A model generated the notes under the pieces. The model was not told the DNA's origin. It made no database searches and was given only the letters and a program-made list of their open reading frames with translations. Shown here one piece after another: positions 48,930-57,190 of a DNA stretch of 64,000 nucleotides (positions within the stretch are counted from its first letter, which is position 1; the number at the start of each line of letters is the position of its first letter). The stretch comes from Candidatus Poribacteria bacterium (GTDB lineage Bacteria; Poribacteria; WGA-4E; WGA-3G), in assembly GCA_965247285.1 (NCBI GenBank), contig CBDFHD010000003.1, positions 228,709 through 292,708 on the forward strand. Reading direction: 5' to 3'. The position numbers and the translations under genes are program-made.

Positions 48930-49372
48930 TTTATCTGGTTGATACCAATGTTTTGTTGGGATTTTCATATTGGACCGATCCACGTTATCCAATCGTTCGA
49001 CCTGCTGTACGTGAATTGCTAACAAAGGGGCATCAACTACAGACGACATCGCAAAATTTCGCGGAATTTTGGAACGTGTCAACTCGACCGGCTCCTCAAA
49101 ATGGTTTTGGACGCACACCATCGGGAACAAATCAACTCTTGAAATACCTTGAGGGACTTTTCCCTCTGCTACCAGATTCGGCTGATGTGTACCGCGTATG
49201 GAGACGGCTTGTCGTGGATTATGATGTGTCAGGTGTTCAGGTTCACGATGCACGCTTGGTTGCGACGATGATTTCTCATGATGTGACACATATCTTGACT
49301 TTCAACACACAAGACTTTAATCGTTACGCACCCGAAGGAATTATCGCTGTTGATCCAGCTGAGGAAATATAG
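48926..49372 (+). CDS. PIN-domain ribonuclease (VapC-like toxin)
   Basis: The PIN motifs IYLVDTNVLL, ...NFAEFWNVSTR and ...VHDARLVATMISHDVTHILTFNTQDF are present. Confidence 0.8.
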   Translation: MIYLVDTNVLLGFSYWTDPRYPIVRPAVRELLTKGHQLQTTSQNFAEFWNVSTRPAPQNGFGRTPSGTNQLLKYLEGLFPLLPDSADVYRVWRRLVVDYDVSGVQVHDARLVATMISHDVTHILTFNTQDFNRYAPEGIIAVDPAEEI

Positions 49373-49482
49373 TAGAATCCGAACATAAGTGAATAGGTGT
49401 TCAATGAACAAAGTCCCATACTGCCGCTGGCGAGGATTGTATCCTCGCCCCATAATGTCCAAGTCATTGTAGATTTTATATA
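49367..49482. repeat. MITE family 1 copy C (degenerate)
   Basis: A degenerate left TIR ATATAGTAGAATCCGAACATAAGTG contains the stop codon of the PIN gene. The core hairpin is CCGCTGGCGAGGATTGTATCCTCGCC and the right TIR is degenerate. Confidence 0.5.
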
Positions 49483-49501
49483 AATTGAAGGAGTATATTT
49501 C

Positions 49502-50398
49502 GTGAACCCAGAACCTAAGGTAACAGTTGAAGATATTGAGATGTCCGTGGATGAATTGGACATCCAGAAAGCCGCAGACATCTTTGAGGAGCACGGCTGT
49601 CTTGTCGTACGCGGGCTGATGGCACCCTATATTAAGGCAATCCATCAGGACATTGAGGCTGCCGCCGCAGAATCCCTATCACTCCTTGACGAAGCGGAGC
49701 AGATTGTTGAGGGATGGCGCACGCCCAACGGCACGCTGTTCATTCCAGCACCATCGGGCTACGAACGCGATAAACAAATTATGGTGTTGTCGGTGAATTA
49801 TCAGACGAGTGCAGCGTTTTTCCAATCCGCTTTCGATGAAACTACAGCCAATATCGTGGAGGCGATCTTGGGACCGAATATGGAGATCTTTGGTGGCGGA
49901 CAGTGCCTCTATAAGGAGCCGGTTGGCGGACATCCGAAGCATCTACATCAGGATTCTGCCTACTTTGAACACCGCTATCAGGGACCCGTCGGCATTCTGA
50001 GCTACGTTGTGGACACTGACTTGGTAAATGGGGCGTTACACGTCGTGCCGGGTTCACACAAACTTGGACAACTCAAGCATATTGATACGTTCTCGCACCT
50101 CGGTCTGGCGGAGGATGAGTGGCCCTGGGAGAGCGCGCTCCCCGTTTCTGGCAAAGCCGGTGATTCGATCTTCTTTAACGTCAAGACCATCCACGGTTCC
50201 AAACAGAATATGTCGGACAAACCGCGTCCGATTTTCATCAACCGCTACCGCCGAACAGACGACTATGTGATCATCGGTGGAACCACGACAGCAAATCGTG
50301 CGGAGTCGGAAAAACGCGCCGCCGCCGCTGAGGAAGCGAAGAAAGCATCCAGTGATCGTGGCTTGATGTTGCGGGGGTTCCGTCCCTTTGATTCGTAG
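49502..50398 (+). CDS. Phytanoyl-CoA dioxygenase (PhyH)-family Fe(II)/2-oxoglutarate oxygenase
   Basis: A GTG start follows GAAGGAG by 8 nt. The metal-binding HxD...H pattern is seen in HLHQDSAY ... VVPGSHKLG ... IHGS. Confidence 0.75.
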   Translation: MNPEPKVTVEDIEMSVDELDIQKAADIFEEHGCLVVRGLMAPYIKAIHQDIEAAAAESLSLLDEAEQIVEGWRTPNGTLFIPAPSGYERDKQIMVLSVNYQTSAAFFQSAFDETTANIVEAILGPNMEIFGGGQCLYKEPVGGHPKHLHQDSAYFEHRYQGPVGILSYVVDTDLVNGALHVVPGSHKLGQLKHIDTFSHLGLAEDEWPWESALPVSGKAGDSIFFNVKTIHGSKQNMSDKPRPIFINRYRRTDDYVIIGGTTTANRAESEKRAAAAEEAKKASSDRGLMLRGFRPFDS

Positions 50399-50486
50399 AA
50401 TTAAACTCGTTTCTCGAAGTGTTCCAACGCCCTAATCCCCCTTGACAGGGGATTTCGCTGTGTGAAGGAGACGGATTTCTGCGATC

Positions 50487-50903
50487 CTACAACTGGTACA
50501 GCATCAGATAGATAATCACGCCTGTTACCGAGACGTATAGCCAGATCGGAAAAGTAATTTTCGCGATCCGACGGTGTTGCTCAAACCGCTCACGCCATGC
50601 TAAGTAGAGCGTCCGCAACGCCAATGGTACTATCACAAACGCCAAAATAATGTGCGAAATCAGGATAGTGAAGTAGACAGGGCGGATCCACCCTTGCTTT
50701 GTAAACGGCTTTGAACCGGTATTGGCGTGATAGATAACGTAACTGATGAGAAAAAGCACGGACACAGCGAACGCTGCGAGCATACATTTTTTATGTGCCG
50801 TAATTTTCCGTTGTCGGATTTGTACATACCCGATCGTCAACAGGATACCGCTGATTGTGTTCAGCATCGCATTGACCATCGGTAGATTTGAGATCTCAAG
50901 CAC
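50487..50903 (-). CDS. DUF420-family integral membrane protein
   Basis: There are four predicted TM helices. AGGAGGA lies before the ATG at 50903. Confidence 0.6.
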   Translation of the reverse strand: MLEISNLPMVNAMLNTISGILLTIGYVQIRQRKITAHKKCMLAAFAVSVLFLISYVIYHANTGSKPFTKQGWIRPVYFTILISHIILAFVIVPLALRTLYLAWRERFEQHRRIAKITFPIWLYVSVTGVIIYLMLYQL

Positions 50904-50954
50904 ATTTTCCTCCTATGTCCTTGCTTCGGCACAACAGAGTGTGCCTGCTACTTT

Positions 50955-51833
50955 CTACCGGGGCCACCGGTAGGCTTGCGCACCTTTAGAATTCTCTAAC
51001 GCAAATTCCCACCGTCGACACCACGTTTGATAATCGGTATTACCGGTTTCTGGTCGCAGACGACTCCGCATGAGAAATCCAGGATAGAAAGGTCTCCCTG
51101 TCGGTTGATAGACATCGTGATAACGCAGATCGAAACTCCATCGGATGCTCTGTGACGCATTCGGTTTCGCACTGTGGAGCGTGTAGTTGTGGAACAGAAT
51201 AACGCCGCCTGCCTGGATCGGCAACGGTTTCGGTGTGAGGTTATCGGGTTGATGTTCCGGTGGAACGGCTAACCCTGCCGACGACCAGTCGTGTGTGAAG
51301 AGCCCCATCTTATGGCTACCCGGCAGCACCTGTAGGCACCCGTTTTCCAGCGTCGCATCTACGATCGGAATCCAGACGGTTAGCATGAAGTAGGGATCGG
51401 TGTCGGGCCAGCACACACCTGCGTCCTGATGCCAAGGTGTCGGTTCCCGTTGTGAGCTCTTTTTCGGTAAGACAGCGCGGATGTGTTGGATCGGATTGCA
51501 GATAATTTCCGAACCAACAAAAGACTCAGCGATGTCGAGGATTTTCGGGTTCTTGAGGAAGTTGAAGGTTGATTCGCCGCGTGCCCGCATGATGTCCAAA
51601 TCGGCCGTTATCTCTGGTGCCTCGTTCGCGAGATGGAGCAGCCGTTCCGTGAAGGATTTATCGGCGTGCGTATCTGTAACCTTCCCTTCCGCGTGCAATT
51701 CCTCGGCACGTTCCGCGATGATTCCCTTATATTCATCAATGACGGGACCCAAGTCGTTCTCATCAAGTGCATCTTCAAGCAGTAGATATCCGTTGTCGTG
51801 AAAGAAGGAAACTTGAGATTGGGTTAAACGCAT
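50955..51833 (-). CDS. PhyH-family dioxygenase
   Basis: MRLTQSQVSFFHDNGYLLL ... PWHQDAGVCW ... VLPGSHKMG are present. AAGGAGG lies 7 nt before the ATG at 51833, so the ORF-track extension to 52010 is unlikely. Confidence 0.75.
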   Translation of the reverse strand: MRLTQSQVSFFHDNGYLLLEDALDENDLGPVIDEYKGIIAERAEELHAEGKVTDTHADKSFTERLLHLANEAPEITADLDIMRARGESTFNFLKNPKILDIAESFVGSEIICNPIQHIRAVLPKKSSQREPTPWHQDAGVCWPDTDPYFMLTVWIPIVDATLENGCLQVLPGSHKMGLFTHDWSSAGLAVPPEHQPDNLTPKPLPIQAGGVILFHNYTLHSAKPNASQSIRWSFDLRYHDVYQPTGRPFYPGFLMRSRLRPETGNTDYQTWCRRWEFALENSKGAQAYRWPR

Positions 51834-51891
51834 AATTGCGTCCTCCTTGCGTTGTGTTGTAGGGCATGGCTTGCAGGTTTCCCACATTCCG

Positions 51892-52695
51892 CTATCCCCA
51901 TCGCTGTTCTGGTGGATCGAAGACAAACCCGTGGAAAAATTTTCGCTGTTCAGGTGAAAGTTCCTTGTTGTAAAAGTTTTTGGGATATCCCCAATGTTCC
52001 TGCGAGGCAATCATCCACGGATGCTCATAAGCGTAATAGAGCATTTCACGGCAGCCCTCCGGTTTTGTGAAGATACCAGCGGAATGCCAGACCGCGTTAT
52101 GGAATAGAATCGCACTCCCCGGCGGGGCACACACTTCAAGCGCACCGGGATATTCGTAAGGATGCCGCAAGTCTTCATGGTTCGGATCATACATCGCCGT
52201 ATGGCTGCCCGGTATGAGCCACAGATTCCCCTGTCCGCCTTCTGTCATATCCGTCAGATAATAGCCGATTTTGAGTTGCAAAAACGGAATCGGACGTAGG
52301 TTGCGAAAGCCTTCATCGTGTCCATCGATGTGCCATCCCATCCGACGTTCCATTAAATCCGAAGCGTGTTCAATAATGGCATCCGACGCGTGGTGATGGG
52401 GCATCTGATTGAGCAGTCCCGTGACATACGGTAGGATTGGTTGCCAATCCAAGAGTTCCAAAAACGCTGGATGGTCCCCGAGGATATAGAAGATACGCGT
52501 GCTTTTCTCGCCGTGGATATGCGTCATTCCAGTTTGGGACAACTCTTTTTCCTCACGTTCCCGCCGCTTCTCAATGGACTCGGCGAGGGCACTCCTGAGT
52601 GTTTCAATATGCGACGGGGCAAGAAAATTATCCAAGACGAGATAACCGTTGTTTTCAAAGAAAAACTTTTCGGCATCAGTCAGTTCATGTGGCAT
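51892..52695 (-). CDS. PhyH-family dioxygenase
   Basis: FFFENNGYLVL ... GWHIDGHD ... IPGSH are present. It is the third paralog in this cluster. Confidence 0.75.
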   Translation of the reverse strand: MPHELTDAEKFFFENNGYLVLDNFLAPSHIETLRSALAESIEKRREREEKELSQTGMTHIHGEKSTRIFYILGDHPAFLELLDWQPILPYVTGLLNQMPHHHASDAIIEHASDLMERRMGWHIDGHDEGFRNLRPIPFLQLKIGYYLTDMTEGGQGNLWLIPGSHTAMYDPNHEDLRHPYEYPGALEVCAPPGSAILFHNAVWHSAGIFTKPEGCREMLYYAYEHPWMIASQEHWGYPKNFYNKELSPEQRKFFHGFVFDPPEQRWG

Positions 52696-52770
52696 GTCGT
52701 AAACCCTCTTTACCTTACTGTAAATTTTACCCTAATGTGCTACCTTCAAAAGGTGTATAGAGTTGGGTTA

Positions 52771-52886
52771 TATAGTAAAGCCCGAAAATATGTAGACAGT
52801 TGTTTAGCGAACCAACCCCACCGCCGCTGGCGAGGATTGTATCCTCGCCTTCCCGCAGTGTCCAAGTAATTGTGGGTTTTACTATA
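52771..52886. repeat. MITE family 1 copy D
   Basis: The TIRs TATAGTAAAGCCCGAAAATATGTAGACAG and TCCAAGTAATTGTGGGTTTTACTATA are perfect. The right TIR overlaps the stop codon of the amidohydrolase gene. Confidence 0.7.
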
Positions 52887-53850
52887 AATTAAATAGTTTC
52901 TTCGCATTTTCGCCAAAAATTCGCGCCTTATCCTCTTCAGCGATCGGCATCTCCTCAATTAAACGGACAAATCGTGGCATATCCACCCACGGATGATCTG
53001 TCCCGAACAGCAGACGATCCGCACCGGAATACTGGTATGCGTACTGCAGTGCTTGCACCGATGGCGAGACGGTGTCCAGATAAACGCGTTGCAGATACGC
53101 GCTCGGCGGTTGTGTGATGTTCTCTCTCGCTCTCCCTAAGACTTCGGTCTGGTGATCGATCCTGCCGCTCATATAGGGTAGAATGCCACCGACGTGCGGC
53201 ATCACAATTTGGAGGTGTGGATGCCGTTCGAGAATCCCGCTCAGAATCAGTCGCAGCAGCGCGAAACTGTTATCCACCTGTAACCCCATCATACCGATCA
53301 TCCAGTGGTCTTTGATTGCCTCCCCCCACGTCGGGACGGTGGGATGCATCACAATCGGCATCCGCAATGTTTCGGCGTGCGTATAGACCGGTTCAAAGTG
53401 TGGCGCGTCGACCGGTTTTCCGCCGATATGAGAGTAGAGCATTATCCCGCGAAAACCGAGTCCCTTCACTCGATCCATTTCTGTTATGGCTTCATTTGGA
53501 TTTTGCCACGGTAGGCATGCCAATCCTGCGAACCGATGTGGATGCGCGTCCACGAGTTCGGCGATGGCATCGTTGATCGCTTGCGCCCCCTTATTCCCTA
53601 ATTCAGGTGCGAGCATGCAGGGTGGGGGTATATTCGTACTGAGCAGTGCCATATCGATGCCGGCTTCGTCCATATCCTTGAGTTTTCGCTTCGGATCGTA
53701 GACTTCGTCTTGTAGACGGAATGTTTGAACATCGCCGTACGTAATGACAGCCTCGCTCCCGCGACGAATGACTTGCGGAGGATGTGGGTTCTGCGCGAGG
53801 ATTTCAATATAGGCATTTGGAAATATATGGCTTTGGCAATCAATTCGCAT
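52882..53850 (-). CDS. Amidohydrolase-2 family metal-dependent hydrolase (TIM barrel)
   Basis: The motifs MRIDCQSHIFP, ...MHPTVP... and ...MPHVGG are typical of the ACMSD/amidohydrolase-2 family. The start is either 53850 or 53862. Confidence 0.7.
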   Translation of the reverse strand: MRIDCQSHIFPNAYIEILAQNPHPPQVIRRGSEAVITYGDVQTFRLQDEVYDPKRKLKDMDEAGIDMALLSTNIPPPCMLAPELGNKGAQAINDAIAELVDAHPHRFAGLACLPWQNPNEAITEMDRVKGLGFRGIMLYSHIGGKPVDAPHFEPVYTHAETLRMPIVMHPTVPTWGEAIKDHWMIGMMGLQVDNSFALLRLILSGILERHPHLQIVMPHVGGILPYMSGRIDHQTEVLGRARENITQPPSAYLQRVYLDTVSPSVQALQYAYQYSGADRLLFGTDHPWVDMPRFVRLIEEMPIAEEDKARIFGENAKKLFNL

Positions 53851-53886
53851 TTTTCGACTCAAAGATGTTTTATTTTTCTATGTTTT

Positions 53887-54008
53887 AGGACTTACGCATG
53901 TCGCTCTTTTGTAGCATAGACTGTTAGTCTGTGCCCTGGAACCAGCTGTGTTTTTTACAGGTGCCTTCATCTCACAACGCGGGCTATGATCAAAATTGCG
54001 TAAGTCCT
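53887..54008. repeat. MITE-like element with AGGACTTACGCA TIRs (family 2, second copy)
   Basis: It has perfect 12-bp TIRs. Internally it carries the hairpin GCATAGACTGTTAGTCTGTGC. Confidence 0.45.
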
Positions 54009-54086
54009 GTGTCTTTTAGTATGCCATGTCTAACCCTTTTTTATCAAGGAATCTTTTTACCCAACAGTCCGTTGTCTTTCTTGATT

Positions 54087-54201
54087 TATAGTAAAACCGA
54101 AAAATAAGTTGACACTTCTGGGAATAACAACCCTTCCTTCGCTGGCGGGGTTTGTAACCCCGCCTATTCAGAATGTCCAAGTAATTATAGGCTTCACTAT
54201 A
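54087..54201. repeat. MITE family 1 copy E
   Basis: TATAGTAAAACCGAAAAATAAGTTGACA...GCTGGCGGGGTTTGTAACCCCGCC...TCCAAGTAATTATAGGCTTCACTATA. The hairpin carries compensatory changes that preserve base pairing. Confidence 0.65.
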
Positions 54202-54285
54202 AATCCTGATTCAGATATTCTGTTGTGGATAAATTTTGCGCTTCAAGGCATTTTGCGTTATCATGTAATACCATTTCTGATTGAA

Positions 54286-54342
54286 ATTGTAGCATAAACT
54301 TTTAGTTTGTGCCTCTTTGTAGCATAGACTGTTAGTCTGTGC
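54286..54342. repeat. Tandem hairpin repeats TTGTAGCATA(G/A)ACT(G/T)TTAGT(C/T)TGTGC
   Basis: Two adjacent copies lie here and a third at 53909-53935. Each forms a 9-bp stem with a 3-nt loop. They are upstream of the secreted WD40 gene. Confidence 0.5.
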
Positions 54343-54440
54343 GCTCAGGTGCGGTTAATGCAATATAAACTTTTAGAAATGGTATAAATACAATGCCTAA
54401 TTCACGATCAAACGCTGTGACGTAAGACGGAGGAGAAAAC

Positions 54441-56324
54441 GTGACGAACTGCAAGTGTTTCATCACACGCATCTGCCTATTGATGCTCATTATGGGGTAT
54501 CAAGGTGTTAATGCCCAGCAGCAATTACCTTATGGTGCCAAAGCCCGATTCGGTATCAATAAAGGTGCGATAAGCGATACAGCGTTCACACCAGATGGCA
54601 CTCGACTCGCAATCGCAAGTCGTATCGGTGTTTGGCTTTATGAGGCTGACACGGGTCGGGAAACCGCTATGGAGCCTGCGACACCATTTGATGTTTCCGC
54701 GATCGCGTTCTCACCGGATGGCAAAACGCTTGCGAGTGGCAGTAATGTAGGGGCGATTTGGTTACAACATATAGATACAGGTGAAATTAGGCATTTTTCT
54801 TCCGTGCATACGCGAGAGATTTTTTCCATGGCGTTTTCACCCGATGGTAAGACGCTCGCCAGCGGCAGTCTTGATAAAACAATTGGCTTATGGAATCGAG
54901 AGACGGGTAAGTTGCGTAACCGTCTCAGTGGACACACGGATACTGTCAACGTAGTTGCCTTTTCGCCCGATGGCAAAACGCTCGCCAGCGGGAGTTCTGA
55001 TAGGACGGTGCGTTTATGGAATCCAGAGACAGGTGAACTGCAAGGCGTTTTCCGTGAGCATGAGAATGTTAATAATTTAATCACTGAATTGGTGTTCTCA
55101 CCGGATGGAAAAATGATTGCCAGTGGCGGGGCCGAATGGCCGACGCTTTATGTGTGGGATACAAAGACCGGTAAAGTGCGGTATCATCATCATTCGCATA
55201 ACTGGGCGGTTGACGCGTTAGCGTTCTCGCCGGATGGGACTAAACTCGCTATTGGCGGAGATTCAGATGCAGTTGAATGGTTGGATTTGGTTTCCGACGA
55301 TATTGATACTTCTATGTTTCCGCAGGATCATCCAGGACGGGTCGACGCGCTGGCGTTCTCACCTGATGGTAAAACGCTTATAACTGTGAGTCGGAGCGGA
55401 ACAATTCGGTTTTGGAGGACGACTAACGGCGATCAGCGTTTCCCCGCCATAGGACATAAGCACGTTGGAAATGTATTAGCGTTTTCACCGGACGGTTGGA
55501 CACTCGCCAGTGGGAACGCCGACGATACAATCCATTTGTGGGATGTTGGGACAGGGAAAGCGGTATCAATGCGTTATGAAAGTGTCGGGGCTCCGACGGC
55601 ATTGGCGTTTTCGCCGAACGGTCAGATGCTTGCCAGTGGAAACGCTAACGATACAATCCGTTTGTGGGACATCGGAACCGGAAAACCGTCGTTGATTCGT
55701 CGGGGAAGCATGAAGACTCCGACGACATTGGCGTTCTCACCGGATGGTGACACACTCGTCGGTGCAGGGCCCCCGCAGGAAATTTGGTGGTGGGATCTAA
55801 GAAGTATCAAGTTACGCGCGGCTTTTAGAATTGATGGACCGATCTCCGAGATTATGACTTTTTCGCCTGATGGTACAACCCTCGCGAGTGTGGATCAAGA
55901 CGATACGATTCGCTTATGGGATGCGATTAACGGCAAGTTGTTGGGCACTCTCACCGGTGATAAACACGATGTGAAGGCGATCGCGTTTTCTCCAGATAAC
56001 AGCTTACTCGCAAGTGGTGGATGGGATGATCTTTTGTTATGGGATTTAAGGCGCAACCGCAGATTACCAACTTTCCAAGAGGAACACTCTCCGATACAGA
56101 CGTTGGCATTTTCACCAGATGGACGAATGCTGGTAAGTGGGAGTGTGGACAGCAAGGTGAGATTATGGGATGTCGCTACTGCTGCCTACCGCGTAACGCT
56201 CAGAGGGCATACGGAGGCAATCAATGCCGTTGCGTTTTCACCGGATGGCAAAACCCTCGCTAGCTGGAGTGCCGACGGCACAATTCTGCTATGGGATTGG
56301 GATAAAATCCGCCCAGATCGATAA
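54441..56324 (+). CDS. Secreted WD40-repeat beta-propeller protein
   Basis: A GTG start follows GGAGGAG. A signal peptide precedes 13 or more AFSPDGKTLASGS...WD repeats. Confidence 0.8.
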   Translation: MTNCKCFITRICLLMLIMGYQGVNAQQQLPYGAKARFGINKGAISDTAFTPDGTRLAIASRIGVWLYEADTGRETAMEPATPFDVSAIAFSPDGKTLASGSNVGAIWLQHIDTGEIRHFSSVHTREIFSMAFSPDGKTLASGSLDKTIGLWNRETGKLRNRLSGHTDTVNVVAFSPDGKTLASGSSDRTVRLWNPETGELQGVFREHENVNNLITELVFSPDGKMIASGGAEWPTLYVWDTKTGKVRYHHHSHNWAVDALAFSPDGTKLAIGGDSDAVEWLDLVSDDIDTSMFPQDHPGRVDALAFSPDGKTLITVSRSGTIRFWRTTNGDQRFPAIGHKHVGNVLAFSPDGWTLASGNADDTIHLWDVGTGKAVSMRYESVGAPTALAFSPNGQMLASGNANDTIRLWDIGTGKPSLIRRGSMKTPTTLAFSPDGDTLVGAGPPQEIWWWDLRSIKLRAAFRIDGPISEIMTFSPDGTTLASVDQDDTIRLWDAINGKLLGTLTGDKHDVKAIAFSPDNSLLASGGWDDLLLWDLRRNRRLPTFQEEHSPIQTLAFSPDGRMLVSGSVDSKVRLWDVATAAYRVTLRGHTEAINAVAFSPDGKTLASWSADGTILLWDWDKIRPDR

Positions 56325-56434
56325 TCATTAACGCGGAAGATGCTGATCCGGAAGTAATACGCAATTAACCAAATGTGTCGCGCGTCACCTCAAGAACCGC
56401 TTGCATGTCAAGGCAGTTCGTGTTATTATAAAAC

Positions 56435-56932
56435 ATGACGACTGGTTCTCAAGAAAACACTTACCGGGTATACATTGACGCAATGATACCAAGTTATCTC
56501 GTTGCTCCTTTGAGCCGCGACCCGAAAATAGCAGCATGGCAAAGAATCACGCGTGAATTTTGGCAAGATACCCGTTTTGAGTTTGTCCTGTCAGATTATG
56601 TTATTGATGAAATATCAATCGGTGATAGAAGTCAGGCAGCGGATAGGCTGCAAGCAGTTGGGGGACTTACCCTTGTAATTGTACAAGATTTGGAACTTGA
56701 GTTTGCAGAGCAATTGGTGGTTCAAAAGGCAATTCCGGAAAACGCATTTACTGATGCTATTCATGTAGCTGTTGCTGCTATACACGATACGCGTTATTTA
56801 GCGACGTGGAATTTCACACACCTTGCAAACGCAAGTACTCGCTCAAAAATTGAACGGGTTTGTCGCGATGCAGGGTATTCGCCGCCCCGTATTGATACCC
56901 CAGAGGCGATATTGGAGGCAATCAATGTGTGA
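56435..56932 (+). CDS. PIN-like domain protein
   Basis: The acidic PIN-fold residues appear in VYIDAMI, ...DEIS... and FTDAIHVAVAAIHDTRYLATWNFTHL, matching the hhDahhhA..A...LaT.N pattern. No RBS is evident. Confidence 0.5.
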   Translation: MTTGSQENTYRVYIDAMIPSYLVAPLSRDPKIAAWQRITREFWQDTRFEFVLSDYVIDEISIGDRSQAADRLQAVGGLTLVIVQDLELEFAEQLVVQKAIPENAFTDAIHVAVAAIHDTRYLATWNFTHLANASTRSKIERVCRDAGYSPPRIDTPEAILEAINV

Positions 56933-57143
56933 CGATCCCGGGAAAGACATCCTAGAAGCAAAAGAGCGTCTTGTCGCGCTCTTCGGTGACCTACAGACCT
57001 ATATGGAATTTATGATGAAACGACAAGAGAAGCGTATAAAGAAAGGCGTAAAATACGTAGATTTCTCGCCTTATCGGAAAAAGAAGCAGGAAACATCTGA
57101 TTCCTCAACTTTCCCAGACCCCCAAGCGCAGCCTGAGGAATAG
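56925..57143 (+). CDS. Small hypothetical protein, operonic with the PIN-like gene
   Basis: GGAGG lies 6 nt before an ATG that overlaps the upstream stop (ATGTGTGA). The product is 72 aa with a lysine-rich middle. Confidence 0.45.
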   Translation: MCDDPGKDILEAKERLVALFGDLQTYMEFMMKRQEKRIKKGVKYVDFSPYRKKKQETSDSSTFPDPQAQPEE

Positions 57144-57190
57144 GGGTAAACCAACCGTTCTTGTTTACAGACTGTGTTCTATGCCCTGTG

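Noticed and set aside
54638-55084. Antisense ORFs within the WD40 genes (translating as ...LPLASVLPSGENA... repeats), also at 55622-56155 and 61027-62253.
   Set aside because: They are repetitive mirror ORFs created by the WD40 repeat periodicity on the opposite strand, with no independent start signals.
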